Assembly: GCA_035943635.1 (NCBI GenBank) | Contig: DASZBX010000088.1 | Span: 1 to 24,000 of the forward strand | DNA length: 24,000 bases | Direction: 5' to 3' | Source: Actinocrinis sp. | Lineage (GTDB): Bacteria; Actinomycetota; Actinomycetes; Streptomycetales; Catenulisporaceae | Shown here: one piece after another, positions 1-6,756 of the stretch | Numbering within the stretch: the stretch's first letter is position 1 | Layout of the letters: every line of letters begins with the position of its first letter | The notes under the pieces: model-generated | What the model saw: the letters and a program-made list of their open reading frames with translations, nothing else | The model's database searches: none | Told to the model about the DNA's origin: nothing | Translations under genes and position numbers: made by a program

Positions 1-649
1 GGTAGGTCTGGGCGGCCTGGTTCTCCAGGTCCAGGGCCAGGTTCGCCACGCCGCCGACGGTGGTCACCGCGCTGAGGGCGGCCAGGGTCTGGGGCTGGTT
101 GGACAACGGGATGCCGGTGATCGTGGGCACGTTGGCCGAGGTGAGCACCGCGTTCCACGCCTTCGCGTGGTCGGCGTGCTGGCTCTTGGCGGTGGTGGCG
201 AAGGTCGCGACGGCCGGGGGCACGGCGCCGAGCTTGCCGGCGGTCGCGGCGGTCAGGGCCGCGCCGTAGGCGGCCACGGCCTGGTTCTCCAGCGCGGTGG
301 CCAGCGCGACGACCTTGAGGTCACCGGTGTACTGGCTGGTGCCCGAACCCGAGGCCATCGCGGACGGGCTGCCGGCCCCGCCGGTCCCCGCGGCCTGCGG
401 GGACGAGCTGGAGCTGCTGCACGCGGCCAGGGCCAGAGTGGCCCCGACCCCGCCGAGCCCGACCAGGAAGCCGCGGCGGCCGACCCGGCGTTCCGGGGTG
501 GCCTGGGTGTCGGCCAGTTCCTCGGCGAACAAAGCGGCCTGCTTGCGCATCACCGGGATGCTCTCGCGGTGCGCCTCGTCCAGGTCCTTGGTCATCGAAG
601 CCAGCTGGGCCTCGCTGATCTGCAGCTGCCACTGCGGCGTCCCGGTCAT
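1..649 (-). CDS. Ferritin-like domain protein with Tat-type lipoprotein signal (3' end cut by window edge)
   Basis: Absent from the ORF track because it runs off the window. My minus-strand translation from ATG 649..647 reads MTGTPQWQLQISEAQLASMTKDLDEAHRESIPVMRKQAALFAEELADTQATPERRVGRRGFLVGLGGVGATLALAACSSS..., then ...ALATALENQAVAAYGAAL...SQHADHAKAWN...LALDLENQAAQTY. It has a twin-arginine motif, a hydrophobic stretch and a lipobox (LAAC). It is a paralogue of 646..1452. Its ATG overlaps the upstream stop (ATGA at 646..649). Confidence 0.7.
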   Translation of the reverse strand, partial: MTGTPQWQLQISEAQLASMTKDLDEAHRESIPVMRKQAALFAEELADTQATPERRVGRRGFLVGLGGVGATLALAACSSSSSSPQAAGTGGAGSPSAMASGSGTSQYTGDLKVVALATALENQAVAAYGAALTAATAGKLGAVPPAVATFATTAKSQHADHAKAWNAVLTSANVPTITGIPLSNQPQTLAALSAVTTVGGVANLALDLENQAAQTY

Positions 650-1452
650 GAGACCGCTCCTTCGCTGACCGGCGACGCGCTGGTCGTCGGGTAGAACGAC
701 GTGGGGAACCCGACACTGCCCGCCGCGGCCGGCAGGCTGGCAGGCATGGTCGGGATCGCGATCAGGTCCGCGTCCCCGGCCGCCAGCAGGGCCTGCACGG
801 CCAGCAGCACCGACCGGTGCTGGGCCTCGACCGGCGCCACGCTGCCGAACAGCGTCCGCAGCGAGGCGTCACTGGCCAGCGAGACGTACTTGGTGTAGGT
901 CTGCGCCGCGACGTCTTCGAGCGTGATCGCGAGGGTCACGACGTCCGCCGGGGACTTGATCGTCGGCAGCGCGGTCTTGACCACCGCGGCGTACTTCGGG
1001 TCCGCCCCGGTCTGCTCCTTGCCGCCGGCCGCGGTGATCGCCGCGTTGAACGCCTGGGCGTGCGCGGTGTGCTGGGCGGTGGTCTTGGTGATGAACGCGG
1101 CCACGGTCGCGTTGCCGGACTTGATGAAGTCCAGGCCCGCGGCGGTCGTGTACACCGACACCGCCAGGTTCTCGATCGACGCCGCGGTCTGCAGCGCCAT
1201 GATGTCCCCGCTGGTCGCGGTCGCGGGCGCACTCGCCGCCGCCGCGGCCCGGCCTGCGCCGAGCAGCATCGCGCCGCCGGCGATCCCGGCCAACCAGCCG
1301 CCGCGCGAACGCCGCGCGCCGGCGGTCTCCTGCTGCTGCTGCGTGTACTCGTCCAGCGCCTGCCGAGTGATCCGTACCGCGTCGCTGTTCAAATCCTGCG
1401 ACTGGACGGTCAACTCCGACAGAAGCCGGGTGTCGAGACTCTCGTCACCCAT
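646..1452 (-). CDS. Ferritin-like domain protein with twin-arginine signal
   Basis: 268-aa ORF. GGAGG lies 6 nt upstream of ATG 1452. RRSRGGWLAGIAGGAMLLGAG...AAAAASA looks like a Tat signal. The ferritin-like helices (LQTAASIENLAVSVYT, TAQHTAHAQAFNAAI, ITLEDVAAQTYTKYV, VAPVEAQHRSVL) match the pattern of the downstream paralogue. Confidence 0.75.
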   Translation of the reverse strand: MGDESLDTRLLSELTVQSQDLNSDAVRITRQALDEYTQQQQETAGARRSRGGWLAGIAGGAMLLGAGRAAAAASAPATATSGDIMALQTAASIENLAVSVYTTAAGLDFIKSGNATVAAFITKTTAQHTAHAQAFNAAITAAGGKEQTGADPKYAAVVKTALPTIKSPADVVTLAITLEDVAAQTYTKYVSLASDASLRTLFGSVAPVEAQHRSVLLAVQALLAAGDADLIAIPTMPASLPAAAGSVGFPTSFYPTTSASPVSEGAVS

Positions 1453-1660
1453 AACGGCCCTCCGATTTCCTAAGACGTGCGGCCCGCCGGAGCGGGCCTC
1501 GTTGCAGGATTCTTTCGGTGTGCAGGGGGTCGCGGATTGGCATTGAGCGTAAGTGGCCGAGAACTTCGCTCGTTCGAGTTAACCGACCAATCCGCCGCCG
1601 CTGCCGGGGCGAATGCTGGAAACGGAGCAATACATCAGCAGGAGAATTGTGGTTCGAATG

Positions 1661-1705
1661 TTCGTCTTCTCATAATTCTCCCGGGCCCGGGGATGAGCGG
1701 ACGAA
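1661..1705 (-). terminator. Possible factor-independent terminator hairpin after tatB
   Basis: It follows the tatB stop (1706..1708) directly. Nested complementarity: TTCGTC..CTCAT..cccgggcccggg..ATGAG..GACGAA. There is no clear U-tract, which is common in high-GC actinomycetes. Confidence 0.3.
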
Positions 1706-2029
1706 TCAGGTCACGTCGTCGTCATAGGTGAGACGCGTGGCGCGCAGGTCCTCTTTGAGTTCGGCGCCGAGCGAGCGCAGGTCCTCGGTCTCGCCCAGCA
1801 GGTTCTTGCGCACGAAGGTCTTCGGGTTCAGATCGTGCAGGTCCAGTCCGTCGAACTCCGGGCCGAGTTCGCGGCGCAGCCCTTCGCGGGTGCTGTCGCT
1901 GAAGGCCCGGACCTGCTGGATGAAACGGGCCGCGCGGGCCGCCGTCTGCGGGAGCTTGTCCGGGCCGAACAGGACGACCCCGAGCCCGAGCAGCACCACG
2001 ATCTCGGGCAGGGACAGGTCGAAGAACAC
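1706..2029 (-). CDS. tatB: Twin-arginine translocase subunit TatB
   Basis: 107 aa with a GTG start and GGAG 8 nt upstream. N-terminal TM helix plus hinge motif (VVLLGLGVVLFGPDKLP). The amphipathic helix and ELGPEFDGL...KTFVRKNLL resemble actinobacterial TatB. Confidence 0.8.
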   Translation of the reverse strand: MFFDLSLPEIVVLLGLGVVLFGPDKLPQTAARAARFIQQVRAFSDSTREGLRRELGPEFDGLDLHDLNPKTFVRKNLLGETEDLRSLGAELKEDLRATRLTYDDDVT

Positions 2030-2107
2030 GGTGACGGCTCCGGTCGGTGATCGAGAGGGGTTCGGGCGGGCCCGGCGGCGTGGCCGGGTGCGCCCTGGAA
2101 CGCGGGT

Positions 2108-2308
2108 TTAGACGACCGTGTCCCGCACCGCAGTGACCGGCTCGGCTTCGGCCTCGGCGCCGGTCTTGGCGGCGCCCAGCTCCGAGCGGAAGATCCGCAG
2201 CGACTGGCCGACCGAGCGGGCCGAGTCGGGCAGGCGCTTGGCGCCGAACAGCAGCATCGCGATCGCACCGATGACGACCAGGTGCCAGGGCTCAAATGCA
2301 CGCAACAT
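2108..2308 (-). CDS. tatA: Twin-arginine translocase subunit TatA
   Basis: 66 aa. [37 protein letters not shown] is the canonical TatA/E TM-hinge-amphipathic helix signature. Confidence 0.85.
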   Translation of the reverse strand: MLRAFEPWHLVVIGAIAMLLFGAKRLPDSARSVGQSLRIFRSELGAAKTGAEAEAEPVTAVRDTVV

Positions 2309-2527
2309 GATCCGATTCCGTTCTGTCTGAGGGCTGCCGCCGCCCAGTCGGGAGGTGGACGGTCGCGAACGAGTCGGGGCCGGAAGGTGTTGTGCGCCCC
2401 GCTGTACTGGACCATTCGCAGCAGTCGGGGCCCCGGATTGGTGAGCCGCGTAAATTCACCCTTTCGAGTCGGCCGCGCCTGCTCGCCACGGGCGGCGGGT
2501 CCCGGCGGACAGGACAGGACCCGGTGT

Positions 2528-2560
2528 CGGAACGTTCCGCGGGTCGCGCGGAGCGTTCCG
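2528..2560. promoter_or_regulatory. Two tandem 12-nt palindromes (CGGAACGTTCCG / CGGAGCGTTCCG), 21 nt apart; candidate operator or stem-loop upstream of tatA
   Basis: CGGAACGTTCCG at 2528..2539 is a perfect palindrome. A one-mismatch copy sits at 2549..2560. Together they can also fold as a stem of about 13 bp. Location is 220-250 nt upstream of the tatA start. Confidence 0.25.
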
Positions 2561-2580
2561 GCACCGGGCCGGTGGGGACT

Positions 2581-2678
2581 GGCCGCGCCCACTGCTAGGG
2601 CCTGTTCGGAGTTCAGATCAAGGCGAAACGGCTGATCTTGATCTGAACTCCGAACAGGCCCTAGCAGTGGGCGCGGCC
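2581..2678. repeat. Perfect 42-bp inverted repeat with 14-nt spacer; probable terminator hairpin
   Basis: Left arm 2581..2622 (ggccgcgcccactgctagggcctgttcggagttcagatcaag) is the exact reverse complement of right arm 2637..2678. The right arm contains the last codons (GRAHC-stop) of CDS 2661..2864. Confidence 0.9.
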
Positions 2679-2864
2679 GAGGACGTCCACGGCGTTGCAG
2701 GCCAGCGTGACCGGGACGGTCACGTCCAGGAGGTGGATGGGCAGGACGTTGATCCCGGCGTCCTCGGACACCGGGGCGGCCGCCCGCTCGACCGCCCAGG
2801 CGGACGAGGTGGACCCGGCCATGACTGCCGCTGCGAGCAGGGCGCAGGCGATGATCTTCTTCAT
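2661..2864 (-). CDS. Small secreted protein, chaplin-like (DUF320-like)
   Basis: 67 aa with a Sec-type signal (MKKIIACALLAAAVMAGSTSSAWA). The mature part GINVLPIHLLDVTVPVTLACNAVDVLGRAHC loosely follows the chaplin pattern (N-V-x-x-P-[IV]-H...P-V-x-x-x-C-x-N-x-x-x-V-[IL]-G...C) with two Cys. Confidence 0.5.
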   Translation of the reverse strand: MKKIIACALLAAAVMAGSTSSAWAVERAAAPVSEDAGINVLPIHLLDVTVPVTLACNAVDVLGRAHC

Positions 2865-2996
2865 GGCCGACTCAACGACCTCTTCACCGGGAGGTTACGT
2901 GAGGCAACGTCCGATGTTCACTCGTCTGGAGTACAACCTGCCGGAAACCGGTCCGGCCACGCCGAGCGGGCGCGCCGGGTCAGGGTGAAGCCGCGG

Positions 2997-3221
2997 TCAG
3001 CGCGAGGCCGCGGTCAGGCGCGCGGCCAGTTGCCGGTCGTAGATCTTCCGCTGGACGTTGCCGCGGGAGATGTCGAGCTCGCCGGTGTGCAGGTCGCGCA
3101 CGTGCACCACGACCTCGTTGGTGACCAGGGTGTCGCTGATGCAGGTGGTGTTCGGCAGTACCGCGTCGGCCGGTTTGGCCGCGGCGGCCTGGGCGGGTGT
3201 GCGCCCGGCGGCGAGCGCCAC
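2997..3221 (-). CDS. Small protein of unknown function; frame stays open upstream to 3389 and encodes a Tat-like leader
   Basis: G/C sits at the third codon position in about 70 of 74 codons, so the frame is genuinely coding. The first canonical start is GTG 3221. The same frame upstream reads ...HTQGVSRRGLVRGATGVAAVGAVALAAGRTPAQAAAAKP, i.e. RR, a hydrophobic stretch and AxA. The true 5' end is unresolved. Confidence 0.5.
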   Translation of the reverse strand: MALAAGRTPAQAAAAKPADAVLPNTTCISDTLVTNEVVVHVRDLHTGELDISRGNVQRKIYDRQLAARLTAASR

Positions 3222-3445
3222 CGCGCCGACCGCCGCGACCCCGGTCGCGCCGCGGACCAGCCCGCGTCGCGAAACGCCCTGAGTGTGCGGCTTGCGCCGA
3301 GCCGATTCCCGGTGCCGGCTCTCGTCTTCGCCGTCATTCCCGTCGGCCTCCGCCGTTTCAAGGCGAATCAGGGGTCCGCCATGTACCGGTCAGGGAAATC
3401 ATGGTTCTCCTACGCCGCGGGCACAACCGGGCAATCGCCGAGCGG

Positions 3446-4291
3446 TCACCCGGTCCGCGGCACGTCCAGCAGACCCGGGTCGATCGTCGCCCGGGCGGTC
3501 ACCGACGCCGCCGCGGAGTCGACGATCAGGGCGGCGTCCTGCTCCCGGCCCTTCGGGATCTCGATCGCCGCGCTGTCCGGGCCGTCCCGGTGCGCCATCA
3601 GCCAGTCGTACAGCAGCCAGTCGACCGCGCAGGCGACGGCGAGCGGGTCGGCGTCGGCGGACCCGGCCGAGGTGATCACCGTGCGCAGTGCCTCGCGGTG
3701 CTCTGCCAGCGCGGCGTCCTTGTTGACGCCCGAGCTGTCGAACAGCAGCATCGCGAGCGTGGCCGGGAGCCGCAGGCCAGCCTCGGTGCGCACGATCCAC
3801 CGGCCGCCGCACCACGGCCGCCGCGGGTCGACCCGCTGCATCTGGCCGAAGCCGCCGACCACGCCGAGGGCCGGCGCGTCGAGTTCGCCGTCGAACGGGG
3901 CCGGGCCGAGCAGCCCGAGCGGCAGCCGGGCCCGGATCGCGAACAGCGCCGCGGTGCCGACGATCTGCCCGGCCCGCATGTCCGGCGCCGACCCGAGCAG
4001 CACCGACGCGGCGTGGTACTCGTGGCAGAGCCGGTCCAGCGCGCGGTGCAGCTCGCGCAGACCCTCGCGCTCGGCCGGGCCCGTGGGGCCGCGCCCGCCG
4101 CCGAGCAGCTCACCGAATTGCCCGGCCGCACTGACCAGCGCGTCGTCCAGCGCCTCGAGGTGGGTCGCGGCCAGCCGGTCGGGCTCCTCGTCCCGGCGGA
4201 CCAGGTCCGGCAGGCCGGTCGGGGCGCCGGCGGCGGTGAGCCAGTGGAAGCCGATCTGGCCGTCGGCCTGGGCTATCCGCGGCCGGCTCAC
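3446..4291 (-). CDS. Hypothetical protein, last large gene of the hydrogenase operon
   Basis: Consistently high-GC3 frame. GTG 4291..4289 forms a GTGA overlap with the upstream stop (4288..4290), the coupling pattern seen across the operon. ATG 4348 is an alternative start. I recognise no motif. Confidence 0.6.
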   Translation of the reverse strand: MSRPRIAQADGQIGFHWLTAAGAPTGLPDLVRRDEEPDRLAATHLEALDDALVSAAGQFGELLGGGRGPTGPAEREGLRELHRALDRLCHEYHAASVLLGSAPDMRAGQIVGTAALFAIRARLPLGLLGPAPFDGELDAPALGVVGGFGQMQRVDPRRPWCGGRWIVRTEAGLRLPATLAMLLFDSSGVNKDAALAEHREALRTVITSAGSADADPLAVACAVDWLLYDWLMAHRDGPDSAAIEIPKGREQDAALIVDSAAASVTARATIDPGLLDVPRTG

Positions 4292-5268
4292 CAGGTCCAG
4301 CCCGCTTCCGCCGCACGGTCCGGTCCCGGCCGGCCGGGCGCCGGCCACGGCCGGTCGGCCGGGCGGGCCGACTGCCGGGCCGAGACCCGCGAGCCCATCC
4401 GCGCGGCCGCCAGCCGCAGGTTGGTCGCGTCCAGCTGGCGCAGCGTGCTGGCTTCGAGGGTCTCGGCCTGGTCCGGGCGCAGCCGGTCCGAGAGCCAGTC
4501 CCAGTGCAGGGCGACCTGGTCGCCGGGCGCGACGTCCGGCAGGAAGCTCAGGCCGTCGACCGAGACCCGGACCCGCTCGGGCACCGGATCGCCGAGCCGC
4601 AGCGCGAATCCGTCCCAGGTCAGGCGGCGCGAGGTCAGCTCGACCTGGTCCCCGTCCCGGGCCACCACGGTGCCCCAGCGGATCCGGCAGTTGTCGAGCA
4701 CCCGCAGCGGCTCGTTGACCGGCTCGTCACCGCGCGCGGCAGCGCCCGGGCCGGCGACGCCGTGCGCGGCGAGCAGGCGCGACCACGGGTAGACGCCGAA
4801 CACGTGGAAACAGTGGTTGCCCGCGGCCTCGGCGACCAGCTCCGAGTTCAGATGCGACCAGTAACTGCTCGCCTGCGGCCCGATCAGCGCGAGCAGGTGG
4901 GCGCCGAAGTCGCGCGGGCTGATCTCGGCGCCGACCCCGCCGCCGAGCCAGTAGGCCTCGACGATCCGCCGGTCCAGCGGGTCCGCGATCCCGGTGAGTT
5001 TGGACAGGACCTGGAGGTAGGGCCAGGCGCCGGAGAACCGGCGGGCCACCGCGCGCACGTCGTCGGCCGAGCCGAGCTGCGCGGAGCCGGCCGCGGCCAG
5101 CGCGCCGGTCTCGGCCGGGCCGCAGAACCCGAGCTTGTTCGGCGCGTAGGCGTAGCGGGCGAACATCCACGCGCCGGAGACATCGCCGGAGGTGCCGCCG
5201 GTGCAGTCGCCGATGGTGGCCCCGGCCGGTTGCGCGGGCGTATCCGAACCCTGGGTCGGCGTGCTCAT
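4288..5268 (-). CDS. Conserved-looking hypothetical protein coupled to hypD (YAPNKLGFCGP motif; HypC-like C-terminal segment)
   Basis: ATG 5268..5266 overlaps the hypD stop (ATGA), giving 326 aa. The N-terminal half carries YAYAPNKLGFCGPAE. The C-terminal CRIRWGTVVARDGDQVEL...VAPGDQVALHWDWL echoes the HypC pattern. The part of the track ORF upstream of 5268 lies inside hypD in another frame. Confidence 0.65.
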   Translation of the reverse strand: MSTPTQGSDTPAQPAGATIGDCTGGTSGDVSGAWMFARYAYAPNKLGFCGPAETGALAAAGSAQLGSADDVRAVARRFSGAWPYLQVLSKLTGIADPLDRRIVEAYWLGGGVGAEISPRDFGAHLLALIGPQASSYWSHLNSELVAEAAGNHCFHVFGVYPWSRLLAAHGVAGPGAAARGDEPVNEPLRVLDNCRIRWGTVVARDGDQVELTSRRLTWDGFALRLGDPVPERVRVSVDGLSFLPDVAPGDQVALHWDWLSDRLRPDQAETLEASTLRQLDATNLRLAAARMGSRVSARQSARPADRPWPAPGRPGPDRAAEAGWTW

Positions 5269-6401
5269 CGCGGCTCCGCGGACTGTCCGACCAGCCGGGC
5301 CGCGTCGCGGTGCATCCGGCCGAAGTTGTAGTACGCGGCGCACGCGCCCTCGGCCGACACCATGCACGTGCCGATCGGCGTCTCCGGGGTGCACGCGGTG
5401 CCGAACACCTTGCACTCCCACGGTTTCAGCACGCCCTTGAGCACCTCACCGCACTGACACGCCTTCGGGTCGGCCACCCGCAGGCCGGGCAGGTCGAAGA
5501 GGCGTTCGGCGTCGAAGGCGGCGAACTCCTCCCGCAGCCGCAGCGCGCTCTGCGAGATGAATCCGAGGCCGCGCCACTCGAAGTGCGGGCGCAGCTCGAA
5601 CACCTGGGCCAGCAGGGCGAGCGCGGCCGGGTTGCCCTCCTCGCGCACCACCCTCGAGTATTGATTCTCCACTTCGCAGCGGCCCTCGCGGAGCTGGCGC
5701 AGCAGCATCGCCACCGACGCCAGGATGTCCAGGGGTTCGAACCCTGCGACCACGAGCGGCTTGCCGTACACCTCGGGCACGAACCGGTACGGCCGGTTGC
5801 CGACCACCGTGGAAACGTGGCCGGGCCCGAGGAATCCGGACAACCGCAGGTCGGGCGAGTCCAGGATCGCCTTGAGCGGCGGAACGATCGTGACGTGGTT
5901 GCAGAACACGCTGAAGTTCGACAGTCCGAGCTCGCGGGCGCGCACGAGCGTGACCGCGGTGGACGGCGCGGTGGTCTCAAAGCCGAGGGCGAAGAACACC
6001 ACCCGCCGGTCCGGGTTCTGCGCGGCCAGCCGCAGCGCGTCCAGGGGCGAGTAGAGGAAGCGCACGTCCGCGCCGCGGGCCTTGGCCTCCAGCAGGCTGC
6101 CGCGGCTGCCGGGCACCCGCATCATGTCGCCGAAGCAGGTGAAGATCACGCCGGGCTGCTCGGCCAGCCAGATCGCGTCGTCGACCCGGCCCATCGGGAT
6201 GACGCAGACCGGGCAGCCGGGGCCGTGCACCAGTTCCACGTTCTCCGGCAGCAGGTGTTCGAGCCCGTGCCGGTAGATGGTGTGGGTGTGGCCGCCGCAG
6301 ACCTCCATGAACTTGTGGTGCCCGGTGCCGGCCGTGTCCCTGATCGCCGCGAGCAGAAGCCGGGCCGCGGCCGGGTCGCGGAACTCGTCCACGAATCGCA
6401 T
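5265..6401 (-). CDS. hypD: [NiFe]-hydrogenase maturation protein HypD
   Basis: 378 aa. Motifs: FMEVCGGHTH, GPGCPVCV, FFALGFETTAP, GFLGPGHVS and the C-terminal CxxC...C...C Fe-S motif (ACQCGEVL...WECKVFGTACTPETPIGTCMVSAEGACAAYY). GGGGAGGG RBS upstream. Confidence 0.95.
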   Translation of the reverse strand: MRFVDEFRDPAAARLLLAAIRDTAGTGHHKFMEVCGGHTHTIYRHGLEHLLPENVELVHGPGCPVCVIPMGRVDDAIWLAEQPGVIFTCFGDMMRVPGSRGSLLEAKARGADVRFLYSPLDALRLAAQNPDRRVVFFALGFETTAPSTAVTLVRARELGLSNFSVFCNHVTIVPPLKAILDSPDLRLSGFLGPGHVSTVVGNRPYRFVPEVYGKPLVVAGFEPLDILASVAMLLRQLREGRCEVENQYSRVVREEGNPAALALLAQVFELRPHFEWRGLGFISQSALRLREEFAAFDAERLFDLPGLRVADPKACQCGEVLKGVLKPWECKVFGTACTPETPIGTCMVSAEGACAAYYNFGRMHRDAARLVGQSAEPR

Positions 6402-6435
6402 GAACCCTCCCCATCAGTGTGTACGAGCCCTGCGA

Positions 6436-6708
6436 TCACAGGACCGAGGAGGTGTCGAAGGCCTCGATCTCGGACCGGTACGCCTCCCCCATCTTCTGCA
6501 CCGCGGCCAGGGTCAGCATCGCCTCGTCCTCGTCGATCCGGGCCATCGCGAACCCGACGTGCACCAGCACCCAGTCCTGCGGCCGGACCTGTTCTCGTTC
6601 CAGCAGCCGGATGCTGATCGTGCGCTGCACCCCGCCGACGTCGACCTTGGCCAGACAGTTCGCGGCGTCCACGATCTCGACGATCTGCCCCGGAATCCCC
6701 AGGCACAT
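6436..6708 (-). CDS. hypC: Hydrogenase assembly chaperone HypC/HupF family (copy 2)
   Basis: 90 aa. N-terminal MCLGIPGQIVEI and ...DWVLVHVGFAMARIDEDEA. GAGGAGAGGGA RBS upstream. Confidence 0.9.
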   Translation of the reverse strand: MCLGIPGQIVEIVDAANCLAKVDVGGVQRTISIRLLEREQVRPQDWVLVHVGFAMARIDEDEAMLTLAAVQKMGEAYRSEIEAFDTSSVL

Positions 6709-6737
6709 GTCCCTCTCCTCTTCTTCACGGTGACGGC

Positions 6738-6756
6738 GGCGCCCGGGCCGGGCGCC
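6738..6756 (-). other. Intra-operon GC hairpin (8-bp stem, 3-nt loop) abutting the hypE stop
   Basis: GGCGCCCG (6738..6745) pairs with CGGGCGCC (6749..6756). It lies in the 48-nt hypE-hypC2 gap. Confidence 0.4.

Noticed and set aside
1651-1659. GGTTCGAAT, identical to a tRNA T-loop consensus
   Set aside because: The flanking bases cannot form a T-stem (TGTGG against GTTCG), and no acceptor or anticodon arms can be drawn. It is a chance match within the tatB terminator and promoter region.
3014-3361. 115-aa minus-strand ORF (TTG start) overlapping the small Tat-like ORF
   Set aside because: Downstream of about 3225 the competing frame (2997..3221) has G/C at nearly every third position, and this ORF turns into Pro/Arg/Ser/Thr noise. 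Only its first codons might matter, as a possible frameshift partner; this is covered in the findings.
2667-4718. 683-aa plus-strand ORF, and the overlapping 531-aa ORF at 3197..4792
   Set aside because: Both are Arg/Ala/Ser/Pro-rich with no motifs, and both lie antisense to minus-strand genes that show strong third-position GC bias and coupled starts. I treat them as shadow ORFs.
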